A stretch of DNA of 64,000 nt from Blasia pusilla (Eukaryota), in contig CM114271.1 of NCBI GenBank assembly GCA_050084515.1, positions 19,468,001-19,532,000 on the forward strand. The letters are read 5' to 3'. Numbering within the stretch: the first letter of the stretch is position 1; every line of letters starts with the position of its first letter. Below, piece after piece: positions 1-14,700 of this stretch. Below the pieces are notes generated by a model that was not told the origin of the DNA, did not search any database, and saw only the letters and a list, made by a program, of their open reading frames with translations. Both the position numbers and the translations under genes were made by a program.

Positions 1-3000
1 CCGCGAGACCGCGACAGTGCGAGGGGATGTGCGCCTCGTGCAACACACCCTAGTTTAGTTATGAAGTGAGTGGAGGGTGAGTTGGAAATTACAAGACATG
101 CCCCAAATCCAGCCCACCAGCGCAATACGGTTTTATTGCGCCCAGCTGTATCATAAATATGAGGTGGGCCGGCCAATCGAGGAGATATAATAGTCAACTC
201 CAAAAAGAGTGCAAATATTTCCCCGAGCGTTAGAGGACTGCCCAATACGGAAGTTCTTTTTCGAGAGCGAAAAAAAAAATGAGAAAGGGGGCGCGAGATT
301 TTAAAAGATTTCCTTTCTGGGATGCTCATAAAGAATTTGTCGACTTTTCTCTTCAAGCCATGTTATTTATTTACTAAAACCATCGACGAATGAAAGTTTG
401 CCCAGAATATTTCGAGATGGTATAAAGTCAAGGTGGAGGGAGGTTTGAGTTTTGAACCAATCAAGCGTATTAGAATAAGAGAAACTATCGTCTGACGAGC
501 GTCGGCAATTCACGATCTCCAAAATGTTGGCATCCATGGGAAAAAAAAACACTTGTCTTCGATGGAGAGGGAAAAAAAAGAAGAAGCATTTCCTTGGATT
601 TCATATTCACTTCTCATTCCACACAAATTCCGTCGGGTGGGGATATCAAATTTTTTTGGAAGAAGAATTTCATGCAAACTACCCGGAAATTTCGAAAACG
701 TAGGAGAATTATATTCCCAAAAAGAAGAAAACCACGCTTAAATTTTGTACTTAGCCGTCCGAAAGTCTTCCGCAATCGTGTAAAAATCATTACGTATTCT
801 ATTTGGGACACATGCGACATTACAATACACTCGTCTGGGCGATTTACGAGGACAAAGGAATAGGGCTTATAATTCGGCATCATTCATATGAAGGTAATAA
901 GTGCGCTACATAAAGTAAAAGAAATGACATTCCCGAGACCACCATGTACAGCACAGTCGCCTGTACGTCCAACTACGTCCAGCAATGAGCTGCCTGCGGT
1001 GGGGTGTGTAGTAGCAGTGGGAGAAGCAGACCAACTGAAGGTTTGAGCTCTTTTCTTCCTCTCTTCCTCTCCATGTATGGTGCCGTGCGGCTCGAGCTGA
1101 GCATGCACGGCGTATGGCAATGAATGAAGGCCAATGGTGACCGAAAGAGAAGATCGCTTGCACTGAAAGTCTGGAATGCAATCCTACTTTCACTCATGAG
1201 CAGTGTTTCTGGTCTGTCTCTTTATCGCTCCTTTTGCAGGCGCCTTTGTGGTGTCTGAACACAAGTCTATGACTCTATGCTGCTGCTGCGGTCACTGTGC
1301 GGTCACTGAACTGTCAGTACCATCCTCATGCACAGTGCCACAGACTGCAGCGTCCGCCTTATCTGAGGAGAGTCAAGTAGTTGGAGTTTCATTGATGTGG
1401 TCTCGCTGCTTCTGCTGCAACATCTACCTCGGCGTGGTGTACAGTCCAACGATCAAGGCAATTTACGCATTGGTCTCAACTCTGCGCGCTTAGTCAGTGC
1501 ATTAAAGATGTTGTACGAAACCTTTAAAATTTACGAGTTCGGCGTAACTGCTTCATCCGATGTTTGTTCATGTCGGAAAATTTGTGCATACTTTTTCTCC
1601 ATGGTTTCTTTAATGATATTCTGGCACTGCGAAATATGTATCCTGATTGGAGGACGCAGTTCTTTAGCTGGTCCTCCGTTCGACGCGTGTCACTGCTCCC
1701 TCAAAACTACTTTTGGTCACGTTAATTGTGGTCGTATAGAGATTGGTATTGAAACCTGAATAATTAAACTGAGATCCGTGCATGGCACGGTCGCTTACGG
1801 GTTCTTACTAGTTGATTGATATCCATGATCTAGCTTTGCGGGACGCCCGCCCGCCGGATGAGCTGAGCTCAAGTCCTGTCGGCTAGCACGCGTCTCACTC
1901 CTACACTGCGTGCGTCCGCCAGTGGACTCTATTTTCAGCGGGCAGGACTGGACCGATCTCCCATCTACAGATAGTGCCTCTTTCCCCTTTGTCGAATAGA
2001 TGACAAAATGGGCGTTCACCGTCTCGCCACTACCCCTACATTTCGCAGCCATGTGTGTGTATCGAGTCAGAACTTTCGAAACCGTTTTAGCCTTCCTTCC
2101 TCTTGAGGTCTATTCTTTTGTATCGTGATGGGTTTCCCATCCTTTTTCTACATGTATATATTTTATTCTCTCTCTTCCTCGGTAGAGAGTTTCAGTTCCG
2201 CCTCACCGATTGCTTTGCGTTTGTTCACCCAGATCTGTCGTCCACTGCTAGGAGACTCGCTCCGATGAACGTAGGAAAATGTACGACGACACGGGATCAG
2301 TTCGCTGGCTTGGAAGGTCGGAAAGCCCGGCTACGAATGCATTACGCACGCACCTAGTTAGTTCATCACGAGAACCGTAGGTCGCTTTCGTCGATCTCGC
2401 GCTACTATAGAAGGAATGTATGAATCTCAGTCTTTCTCTACTCGTGCATTTCTAGATGGATACAGTCCACAAGAGGCGGTCCTCCATCAGGTATCGTGCT
2501 TGCTTTATGAAGGCAGTTTGCATGGATGAATCTTGCCGATCCACGGCAGATGCACGCGACAGCGTGCCGATCCACGCCGCTTCTCCGATAAAGCGCTGCG
2601 TTTCGTGCGGCTCCCGATTCAACATGACGCTTGATGGCTTTATCCGGCGATAGATAAGAGATCGAGGACCAGGTGGCCGTCAAGTTGACATACCGGTATG
2701 ATCTCATATGTCCGTCTGCCGGTCGTTTGTACACCCCTCCTGGACCACAGCCGAGGGGTTGTCATAGGTTATGTGGCTGTATCTCGTCACTCCCACGCAC
2801 AGTGGTATGCCACTGGTCTCCGCATGGCGGCCCGCGTACATCGGAGTGGGACACGGGGAAAATCGAGAGCGGTGGCCGGATCCGGTTGGATGGATGGATC
2901 GTAAGAGAAACGATGGGCCGAACAGGGGAGGATGGACGGACGATTCAGCAGCCTGAAACAGCCAGACCAACGGGAAACCGCTTCTCCAACAGAAAAGCAA

Positions 3001-3839
3001 CCCGGTCGGATGCCGTCTGTAAAGAAGACGTGAACGATGACCGGCCTGACAGACGAAGCGAACGGGCTAGCCGAGGATGGAGACCGACATGTGGAGGTGC
3101 GCCGAGGACGTGTCATCCATGCATGGGTGCTGCTTGGACGGAAGCCTGTGAGTTAGTTACAGTACCACTCACAGCGCCATTCTGCCGCGAAATCCTCCAG
3201 GTCCCCTCTCTCCTCTGCCCTGGGCTCCCGCGCTACAGTAGTTGCGGTTACTCGACGGGTCCGAGGTAGTTAGCTCGTCTGTTTTTCTTTGGCGGGAGTG
3301 CATACGAATACAGTAACCCATAGTACACTACAGTATCTGATGAATTCCCCATACCAACAGCCGGACCGTAGGACAAACCGAATAGCCGCCACTTTGCCTC
3401 TAGCCTTTATCTCCCGGGACATCGTACTGCATGCATGCATGGTATGGTATGGTGTGATACGGTATCCGTCTGCACTTGGTCGCACTAACGAGGGTGATTA
3501 CAACATCGATGAACCTAACCCTAACCCGTAGCGAGGAGTGGATCAATTATTGGGGCGGAGAGTGTTCACGGAATCCGCGAGTTAATTGGATCTCCTTTGA
3601 AGCCCAACTTGGACGAGTACCTTCTACATTAAGGTTCGTGGAGTGTGAGAATGCTACGGATCCAACTATGATCCGAGCGAGAGAGAGGGTCGGGATGCTT
3701 TGCGACGGATTCTCCTCGTTTATTTATTCTATCGGGGAACTAAAGCAAGAGAATATGGTTATTCGACTTCACACATGTGAGTTTTCAAAAAACTCATCTA
3801 TTTTTAAAAGAAAGTGTCTTCTTTTCACTAGAGAAATTT

Positions 3840-3990
3840 ATAATATTACGGGAGAGTGCTTTGTTGATTTGTAAGAATGTTCGACATATGACAAGTGGGC
3901 AGCAAGAAATATTTCACATGATACGGGCACTAGAATTTTTTTTTATTTCTCTAACATCATTAGTCCTTTCGCTCCCTTCCCCTCCTTTCA
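3840..3990 (+). repeat. Dispersed ~150-bp repeat module (Helitron-associated), copy 1 of 4
   Basis: Aligns by eye to 41945-42095 (+), 25380-25530 (-) and 38760-38910 (-); shared core TTGATTTG.AA...GGGCAGCAAGAAA...CATCATTAGTCC. Confidence 0.65.
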
Positions 3991-4342
3991 TGACCTGGAG
4001 GAAGGACTACTCAAATACTTTAAACCTTACTAGTCTTTATGCCAAACTAGATAAAATGAGTTGCCTAGGAAGGTATCCTTTCATATTTGCGTCAATTTTC
4101 ATGAAATTTTTTTGAGTGGTCCGTTATACGATAGGAAAATATGATGCCAACATGGCTTAGTATAGGCATGTGAGAGTTACTTCAAAAGAGGAGAAATAAA
4201 GCAAAAAATTTGCCACAAGGAAGGAATGCAAAAGAATTGAAGGAAAAAAAACACAAAGAATAACTTATTAGCTATCCCCTCAATCATTTGAAATAAATCA
4301 CACGACCATTATTGGTTCGTTGGATGTGAATTGACGATGACA

Positions 4343-5176
<834 letters not shown>

Positions 5177-6335
5177 ATTTTCATGGGCATACACATCGCT
5201 TCACAACCTATATCAATATCACTAATCAAACACACAAATACTAGACTAAGTCAATTATCCTCTGAAAAAAACCATGGAGGCAAGTTGTTACCATAATATC
5301 TCCACTCGGTCCCCTAGGTAGTAATTAGGTGCCTCTAACTTCAAATAGCCATTTATCTCTACCTACTTGTGACATACACCTCTAAGATTATCGTGCGCCT
5401 ACTTCTCTTGAACGTCAATCTTTAGTGTTGTGGAAGCGTACGTTCAGTAGGACACGCTCTCATTGCCGATCTGCACTGAAATATACTCACATTAGTTTGG
5501 TCTAGGCCTGGGTCAATTGGCCTTCCAACCCACCAAGTTCTCAACTCGACACCTCATCAAGCTAAACCTTCCTTAATTCCTAGCTTCCCAACACGAGGAA
5601 GTCTTCTAAGACTTGGGACAAACTTCTTGGTTGGTCTAGATACCTAAAATGGCTTTTGCACATCTAGCCATCGCAACTGTCCAATGAACCTCACACGAGC
5701 TCCCAAACCAAGACCCAACTAAATGAGTCACGAGTTGGAATCCAATAGGGACCTCCGAAATCTACTCTATTGGACTTGGTTCGGGTTTCGAATCCCAACG
5801 CCATAACTCCTGATCCATTCCGTGCCCTTGGGTCGCTCTATGGCACCCCAAAGTGGGGTTCGTGTCCCAAGCACTCTTGGAGACCTTCCCCCCCTACTAG
5901 TACTTATGCGAATCCCTAACCTTTTCCTATGTTTGGGAAAGAGACTTTCGGCCCCCTCTTTTTGGCCATAAACCCAACTCTCGACACAATCATTTTGGGG
6001 CATTTTTTTAGCCTTTGCTCGTGCGTTTGTTGAGATATTTAGGGCGTTAGATTTTGATTTGCATAATCTTTCGAATGCTACTTTACTTGTCCCAAACGCA
6101 TCTCAGAACTAAAAGGTATAGTCCAAAATTCACAAAATTCCAAACGCTAGTCACGTTCCAATTATGGTTCTCACTTCTTTCGCAACCAACCTTTCTAGAC
6201 TTGACTCCTCTCAAAGCTTGGTTCTCGTTTGGTTCAGGTTTCCTAGTTGCGACCATAAATGCATGAAATGCTCAACATCGTTCACGCCTCATCTCTTGTG
6301 TTTCTTGCGTCGCTTCCAAAAGACCACTCCAACGT

Positions 6336-7614
6336 TGTCGTGTAGAGAGCCTTTCTTCGAGCAAGGGCGGGCCTTCTAGCTGCGGTAGATGCGGTCGATG
6401 CAAGGTGAACTCTCTAAGAAGTTCTCCCTTTTCAATACAAAATTATGATGTACACTTTCCATTCTCTCACGACAGGTATCACAAATGGAAGTGCCGAGGC
6501 GATCACTTCTTCGTAACATCGGATCCCGAAATTTCTAACTATAAAATCCATATAAACTATTTTACGCTTGTACACGAGGAAGATAGCACAACTAGTATTA
6601 AACCCTACTTGAGCAGGCCTATTGACATCCATGGGTCGCTATATAAGGACATACAAAGTACAATCCTATGTCCTTCCATATGTGACGATAGGAAGAATCA
6701 CCGGAGTTGGAGATTGCATGACCTGATTCATGAACGCCTCCCCAAAGTGATAAACTAAATATCGAGTGAACCAGTGTCTATCTACAAAGAGTACCTTGAC
6801 ATGGTTTGGATTGAGGAAAGGAAATTCGGGCACAACTCGTGCTCCACCCCTATCCATGCTTGACAGACATTCTTTTCTCTCCTCAAAAATGGATTTTGGC
6901 GGAATTATTCTCCCAAGAGGGGTAATCCACTCTCATTGGGGAAGTAACAAGCCAAAACATTCATTATTTTAGTATGACTAAACTCCTCTAAGGTGACAAA
7001 CCTCTCATCTCCCCACACACACATACACACCACACTCTAGAAACCTCTCGAAGAATAGACCATGATCAAGTTACTCTCCCAAGAGGGGTGATCCACTCTC
7101 ATTGGAAGAGCAAGCAATCCCAAAGTCAAACACTCAAGAGAGAAACGAGAGACTCGAGATGTGGAATAGAAGGTGATGAACCCTTGAAGGTCCCTCCTCT
7201 TTATATACTCACAAGGAATCCACAAGAGTACGAAATAGAGCTTATCTTATCTTGTGCCACATGGCTTCCTCTCAAGGCCTAGCCAACCACATTTTGACAC
7301 AAGTAGATTTCCTCTTATCTCTTCCAAAATATCCTCTTTTACCCACTTGATATTTTCCAAATTACCCCAACTAACCTAGCCACCAACCAAGACTACTTTT
7401 TCTTTTTATTAAAGCAACTACTTTACTTTTTTAAAGTCATCTTTTATTTATTACCTCTTTTTTCTAAAGTTGGGCCCGCATAAAAGAGGCACCATAAAGA
7501 GGTTTAAACATGGGGATTTCCTTTTCCTAAGCTAATTTACTTAATACTAATAAAACTCTATCTAACACTTAACGAGAAAGGAGTTTACACACTGGCTGAT
7601 TTTACTATACGACA
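6336..7614 (-). mobile_element. Solo LTR, family B, inserted in the family-A LTR
   Basis: TGTCG...CGACA termini with a 4-bp TSD ACGT (6332-6335 / 7615-7618); removing it restores co-linearity with the other A LTRs; homologous to 18493-19702 and 28058-29370. Confidence 0.9.
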
Positions 7615-8175
7615 ACGTGTAAACCAACCTACTATGAGGTCGCTAGAGTTCAGATGTTCCTCTTGGTGCTTGTTTGATTATGAGGGTCGCGACATTCACC
7701 CTTTTTTGGAGATTGAAGCCCTCACAAATGCAAATCTTCTAATGTCAAGTCTTTTTGGGAAGTCGATCCCTTGACATCAAATTGCATTCTGGTAACTAGC
7801 CCACAATTCCTCATTTGGCTTTTGGCTTAAGTCTTAAGTTTTCGCCTGTAATACTTAGCATCATTTAGCATCTACTCTTCAATAAGCATAGACCAATTCC
7901 TTGGAATTAACCTACCCTATCAAATAAGAAAACTAAGTTTGCTACCTAAGACTTTTTTGGCTCACAACTCGTAAACATCCCACATGTTTACACGCTATAG
8001 AATTCATACTACTTTTGCATTGCTCTTGTATTCGACTTAGGTGCGCTCGTGCTCATGCTTTATTGCAACACTAGCCTGATCTAGTTACAATACCCTTTGG
8101 ACCAAGGTTCCTATGGTTACAAGTCATGTCCCTAGCTTCTCCATGTACTAACAAATGTCCTTTTCATGCACGTGC

Positions 8176-10505
8176 TTGAAGTCTTGCAATACCTCTTGAG
8201 CGTGTTCCACATCTCGCTCCATAATCCAAGTTTTCTCTTTCACATGGTAGTCCTTCCACTTGACCAAGTATTCATACTTGTGGGCCCTACACCTTGAACA
8301 TAAGATGGTCTCCACCTCAAATTCCTAATGACACATGGAAAGTCGGATGAATTTTGAACTCTTTTGGAAGCTCCAATGTCTACACGTCCTCAAACGGGTT
8401 TGCCTTGATCACATAAGGTCTAACATACTTGGTAGATAGCTTTGCGGAAAACTCCTTTGGAAGAGTGAGATTCTTCACACTCAACCGCACTTGCTCCCCT
8501 ACTTGTAATCTCACTTGGCGTTGACTCTTGTTAGCGTGCTTAATATATCTTAGTTGAGCCTTTACAATGCTTCTTCTTGCCCGCTCTTCCCGTTCTTGCA
8601 TCTCCACTGACAAACCTTCTTCCATTTCTTATTGGGTGTGTGCCGATGTAGTACCCTACGAGAGGGCAAGGTCAAGAGGGCCTTCTGGATCACATCCATT
8701 GGCCAAAAGAAACAGAGATTCTCAACTTGTAGAATGCTTGGTCAAGTTGTAGCAATACTCAACCATACTTAGCCACCTTGCCCAATCTTGCTGATCCACA
8801 CTCAAGTAATTCCTTAAGTACTGATTCACGATCGAGTTTACATTTTCTGTTTATCCATCTGTTTGGGAATGGAAGGCGGTACTAAAACTCAACTTGTTCC
8901 TAAACCTTCTGAATAAGTGCTTCCAAAAAGAAATGTTAAACTTTGGATCCCAATCTGAAACCATACTCCTAGGAAACCCATGAGCTCGCCATCACCTATC
9001 CAAGAATAGTCGAGAAGTCGTATGGGCGGTTGTAGAGTCCACTGTGGGCACAAATCTCCCCAACTTGCTGACCCGATCGATTATCACGAGTATAACGTTG
9101 TAGCCCTCAATCTTTGAAAGACTCATAATGAAATCCATACTCACACTCTGCAAGGGTCTTTCTGGAATTGGAAAAGGATGAAGCAAGCCTTGTTTCTTCT
9201 TATAAGAAACTTTGTTTTCTTGGCAGGTCACAGAAGTCTTCATATATTGAGCAACATCTTCTCTCATGTTGGGCCAAAAGAACTTCTTAGTCAAAAAAAT
9301 CAACATGGATTTCTTCCCTTTATGTCTTGCCAAGGGTCCGTTATGACATTCTACTAACACCTTGGTCCGTGGCCTGCGTTCTCCCATATAGATCCTGCTC
9401 TACTTATTCCTTAGCAAGCCATGCCTCAAAATTATGTTGGCCACCTTTTCATCATGCTTCAACTTCCTTAGGTACTTGCTCACTTGGGTGTCCTTGATGT
9501 ATCCTTTACGAATCCTTCTCTCCGGGTTTGATTCCTTAGGGAACATTTCTCTCAAGACTTACTTCGTGAGAGAAATGTGCTCATCTCTACGACTCAATGC
9601 ATCTCGGATGATATTATGCTTCCATGGCTTGTGAACTAGTTCCACATTCATCAATGTAAAGGTATCATGCCATCGCAATAAACTCGATCTCACTCTTACG
9701 ATCGGTGTCACTCGATCTTGGGTCTAAAAATACTTGAGTGATATGTTATCGATGAACACTCGAGTCTTGTGAAGTCCCAAGTAGTGATGCCACTTCCTTA
9801 AGAAATGATCCGCCGCGAACAACTCTTTCTCATTAGTGGACCATCTCCGTTCGATGTTGCTAAGCTTCTTGCTCTCATACACTATAGGTCTTTCTTCATG
9901 CACCAATATTCCTGCACTTGCAAAATCATTGGCATCAATATGCACCGCAAATGGTTTGTTAAACTCTGGCAGCGTTAGCACTGGATCTTGCGATATGATC
10001 TCCTTGATTGGTTTAATGCCTCATTCAATTCTTGAGTCCAGGTCATGTTAGCAAACTTTGCAGTCCAATGTGTGAGAGGTCTCACAATTCTCGAAAAGTT
10101 TCTCATGTAAGTTCGATAAAACGGCACTGCTCCGATGAACCTCCTCATTCCCTTCCCTATAGAAGGCAGTTTGAATTCAATGATCGCTTTTACCTCATCC
10201 ATATGTGGAATAACTCCATATGTGCTAACCACGTGACCCAAGAACTTGATCTTGCGCAATCTGAATTCACTCTTTTCCACATTTGCATACAACTTATTTT
10301 CCCGTAGATTGAACAACACCACTCTCAAATGTTGAGTGTGCTCCTCTAGTGACTTTCAATAGATCAATATGCCATCAATGTAGATGATCACATACTCATA
10401 CGTCTCCTTGTGAGAAATGAAGTTCATCAATGTGGTGAACGTTGGAGGTGCATTACACAGACCAAAAGGTATCACTCCAAACTCAAACAAGCCATGTCCT
10501 GTCCT
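8176..10505 (-). pseudogene. Degenerate Gypsy pol (RT, RNase H, integrase, C-terminal chromodomain)
   Basis: RT (LYANVEKSEF..IKFLGHVVS); RNase H (FAVHIDANDFA..YESKKL..EKELFA); integrase (CHNGPLARH..FFWPNM..TCQENK, SVSMDFI, HSQTDG); chromodomain at 8176-8324 EFEVETIL..YEYLVKWKDY..KTWI. Stops and frameshifts are present. Confidence 0.93.
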
Positions 10506-11522
10506 ATATTTTTGCGACCCTCATAACCAAATGAATGCCAAGCAGAACATCAAAACTTTAACGGGCTAGCGTAGGATGGTTGCACTTTGGAGAGGTTTCT
10601 TGGAAGAGTTGCAAGAGATGAAATGCGCGAATATAGTTTGTGTGTTTCATGCATTTATGGTCATGACCAAAAAATCTAGACCAAATATGAACCAAGACTT
10701 TAGAGGAGTCAAGTCTAGGAAGGTTGGTTGCCAAAGAGGTGAGAACCAGATTTGGAACGCAACTAGCGTTTGGGGCTTTGATTGTGTTTCTGATCATAAC
10801 TTTTAGTCTCAAGATTATTTTGGGAAAAATAAGATGGTGTTGGAAAGATTATGCAAAGCCAATTCCAACACACCAAAGATCTTAGCAAATGTACAAGCAG
10901 AAGCTAAAAAACTTCTCGGAACATATTATACGGGGAGTTGGGTTGAGGGCCAAAAAGAGGGGCCTGACTGTCTTTTCCCCAAAGTTAGGGGAAGGGTGGG
11001 GATCCCTAGAAGTACTAGTAAGGGGGAGTGTCTCAAAGAATGCATGGGACCCGAACCCCACTTTGGGGCGCCATAGGGCGGTTCAAGGGCACTGAATGGA
11101 ACGGGAGTCTACTGTTGGGACTCGCAACCCAAACCTAGTCCAAGGGAGTGGATTTTGAATACCACACTTGGATTTGAATGTGCGACTCACTTTAGTGAGT
11201 CTCGATTAGGGACCCATTCAAGGTCCATTGGATAGTTGGGATTTCCAGCCGTGAAAATTTTGCCATTTGAGATGCTTGGACCAGAAAGTTTGTCCCAAGT
11301 CTGAGAGACTTTCCTGCGTTGTAAAGCAAGAAACTAGGAAGGTTGAGCTTGATGAGAGGCAGAGTCAAGAGTTTGGTGAGTTGGAGCGTTGATTGACCCA
11401 TACCTGACTAACAACTTGAGTGCGTGTTTGGGGTGCAGATCATCAGTGAGAGCGTGTCCTACTGAACGCACGCTTCCTCAACACTAAAGATTGACATTCA
11501 AGGAGAGTAGGCGTACGACATG

Positions 11523-11534
11523 TGATATCAGAGC
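11523..11534 (+). promoter_or_regulatory. Primer binding site, tRNA-iMet type
   Basis: TGATATCAGAGC is one mismatch from TGGTATCAGAGC and lies 2 nt after the LTR end. Confidence 0.85.
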
Positions 11535-11736
11535 TACTGGTTGGTGAGCATGAACTTGGGGTCGTGGGAGATCTGAATGCTTGAGGAGAACTCAATGTAG
11601 TAGTGAGACCTAGATGCTCAAGGAGGAACGAAAGAAACAAGGCAGAGATTCGAGAAGGAGGGACTCGAGAATGGCGAACAAGGGCGAAGAACCAAGGAAG
11701 TAGCAATTCAAGCAAAAAAGATCGAGAGACAAACCA

Positions 11737-14700
11737 ATGACTGAGCGCAAGCCAGAGGAGGAGATGGTGACTTTCAAAGCACTGAGCCCCACACATGGGG
11801 ATGTCCTAGACGCGAATCTTTCCACGGAGCCCCCGGCTCCAAACTCAAGCGACCCGACCCTCTATGTCCATATGATGGACTTGATGAAGTTGATGGTTGA
11901 GCAGATGACCCAACATATTTTGTGGATCATTGAGCTCGAGTCAGACAGATCTTCTAGTTTCAGCAAGAAGCTTTGTAAGAAAAAAAGTTTCCAATCCCAC
12001 TAACAAGACTGGGGCAGTCTCGGAAAGTGAACAAAATCGTGACGGAGCTGGAATTTTATAGCTCTAAGTTGGGAGGAGTTCAAGGTTTTTATTGGAAATT
12101 GATTCACTTGGAAGTACTAGGAGTTCCGCAATGGCGTGGAGTTTGTACGGTTGCCGCAAAATGGATCCCTTAGTGCTTATATGTGAGCATTCAGTGCAAG
12201 AATGAACTCGATCCCAAAGATGGATGAGTTTGCAAAGAAGGCAATCTTCTTAAGTGGACTTAAGCCAAGCGCAAAAAAGGCCCTCTTCCAAATGCTAGAG
12301 CTATCGAAGACCTCCACGGAACTTTTGAAGTTGGTGGAGCGGATAGGGGATGAAGAGGTCCAAGTCCAAAGACTCTTCGAGTAGAAATGTTTTTCAAAGT
12401 TATCAAAAAATAAGGGGGCGTCCAAGAGGGTTTGGAGTGGGGTGAGCACGACCATAGAGAGTCTCTTACCCCAACAATAAAATGAGTGGAACTCAGCACG
12501 AAGTCGAAAGGGGTGCCGTACCCAAAGTCAGGGAACACCAAAGTGATTTGCTATAATTGTGGTAACCCGGGCACATGACTAAGGGATGCTCTAAGCCCAA
12601 GGTTAGCAATCCAAGTATGATTGCATTTGTTGCTAAGCAGTTAATGGAAAAAGGTCTAGAGATATCTCTCCAAGTCATCAAGAGGACGCCCAATTTGGTT
12701 TACCTAAGATCCAAGATCGTTGATTGCGATGTGATGTTGCTCGTTGGTATTGGTGCTTCACACCCCTTCTCGAGCCCGAGAATCGTGATGGCATTGGGGT
12801 TGTCAACCACTAAGGTGGAAAAACCCATTAGGATGGGTTTTGTGGGAGGCAAGGCCCACAAGACCTCAGAGTTGGTTTTAGGGCTAACTTTTGGATGCGT
12901 TATATTTGTGTCGCGACCCTCATAACCAAACAACACCAAATACGCGCCAAGCGCAACATCAGAACTCAAAGGAACTCACGCCGCGAGGTTTGCGCTTTGG
13001 AGAGGCGTTTGGAAGAGTCTCTTGGAAAAGTCTAAGAGACGAAACGCGGAACAGAGTTGTGCGTTTCATCCGTTAGTGGTCGCGACCAGGAAACCTAGAC
13101 CAAACGCGAGCCGAGACTTGAGATGAGTTGAGTCTTGGGAGGTTAGTTGCCAAAGAGGTGAGAACCAGTTTGGAACATGACTAGCGTTTGGGAGAATCTG
13201 ACTGTGTTTAGGACCATAACGTTGAGCTCCAAGATGCGTTTGCAACAAATAAGGGCGCGTTGGAAATCTGATCTTGAGACGCTTCCAACGCACCAAAGAT
13301 CTTAGCAAACACATAAGTACAAGCTGAGATATTGGCCGAAAACGATTGAGAGAGAAATCGGGTTGAGGGCCAATTGGAGAGGCCCAGGTGTCTTTCCCTA
13401 AATGTAGGGGGCCCCCGGAGATCCCCAGAAGTACTAGTAAGGGGAGTACCTTCTCTGAGATGTCTCGGGAAACAAAACCCCACTTTGGGCGCCAAACGAT
13501 GTTTCAGAGGCTCGGGATGGAACGGGAGTTTGGCGCGGAAACCCGAAACCCAAACCTGATCCAAGGGAGTGGACTTTGTATGCCACACTTGGATTCCAAC
13601 CCAAGATTCACGCCGTGTGCAGTCTTGGTGAGGAACTCATTGGATGTTCATCGGACGCTTGGAACCGCTTAGGTGCGTAAACGCCGTTTCAGATTCCTGA
13701 ACCGACCAGAAAGTCTGTCCCAAGTCTTTCGAGACTTGCCCGTGTTGGAAACCGCGAAACTAGGAAGGTTGAGCTTGAAGAGAGTCTGAGACGAGAACTC
13801 GGAAAGTAATCCCGCTGATTGATCCAAGACCCGACTAACCGAAGTGCGTGTTTGGATGCAGATCAGCGTTGAGAGCGTGACCTACTAAACGCACGCTTCC
13901 GCAACAAACAAGATTAACGTTCAAGGAGAGTAGGCGCACGAAAATTTGAGTTGAAGGAGAAATTCATGGTGTGCAATATGGACAGAATCGATGGAGTCTT
14001 GGAGAAAAAATTCTACGATGTGTATTAGGTAGAATTGAGGCAAAGACCTTTGAGGTTGAGCATCTTGGTAAAAGGCAAGTGGTTGCACGTCAAGTTGGTT
14101 CGTGAGGTTCCAATGAAGACAGAGTTGGTGAACGCCATTACAAAGACAAGTTGGACCGAGTTAGAGGATGGGTTTTTCTACTTGATGAGACAAGTAGAGG
14201 ACGACGCAAGCGCAAGATGTAGAGATCATGACTCAGCTTAAAGGGAAATCCGTGAAACACTCAAGAGAGTAGTAAAGGAATTTGGTGATGTCTTGACGAA
14301 GGAACTTCCGATTGAGTTGCCACCACATAAGGCGGTCGATCATAAGATAGAGGTGATATTGGGGTCTCAATCACCTTCAAAGGCACCATACATGTTGAAT
14401 CAAGAGGAGCTCATAGAGTTGAAGAAACAATTAGGTGAACTCCTAGAGAGAGCTTATATTCAAACTAGCAAGTCACCTTATGGAGCGCCCATTCTCTTTG
14501 TGAAGAAGAAAGATGAAAAGTTGAGACTCTATGTTGATTACTGGGCGCTCACTTAAAACCGGTTAGGAACAAATATCCCCTTTTGAGGATGGATGATCTC
14601 TTTGATCAATTTTCAGGTGTCAAGTATTCAGCAAGACTGACTTGAAGCCAAGATATTACTAGATTTGAATTGCCGAAGCGGATGTGGAGAAGAGTGCATG

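Larger units (their letters stand above)
5389..10509 (-). mobile_element. Ty3/Gypsy chromovirus family A, 5'-truncated copy (RT-RNaseH-integrase-chromodomain, PPT, 3' LTR)
   Basis: Minus-strand pol fragments in Gypsy order; polypurine tract at 7695-7707; 3' LTR 7694->5389 begins TGTCGCGACCCTCATAA and is homologous to 10510-11520 and 12909-13943. The LTR is split by a family-B solo LTR. Confidence 0.92.

Noticed and set aside
1045..1175. miR319/159 precursor (GAGCTC, AATGAATGA, CTTGCACTGAA)
   Set aside because: The mature-like stretch departs from TTGGACTGAAGGGAGCTCC after about 10 nt and the conserved blocks are not in the right arrangement.
2673..3269. 198-aa ORF as a gene
   Set aside because: GTG start, no recognisable domain, and overlapping ORFs in several frames as expected in GC-rich DNA.
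3512..3527. AACCTAACCCTAACCC as an interstitial TTAGGG telomere tract
   Set aside because: Only about 2.5 units; compatible with chance or a telobox-like motif.
6405..6972. Recurrent ORFs shared with 18725-19129 and 28739-29142
   Set aside because: They lie inside family-B LTR copies and their frames are not conserved between copies.
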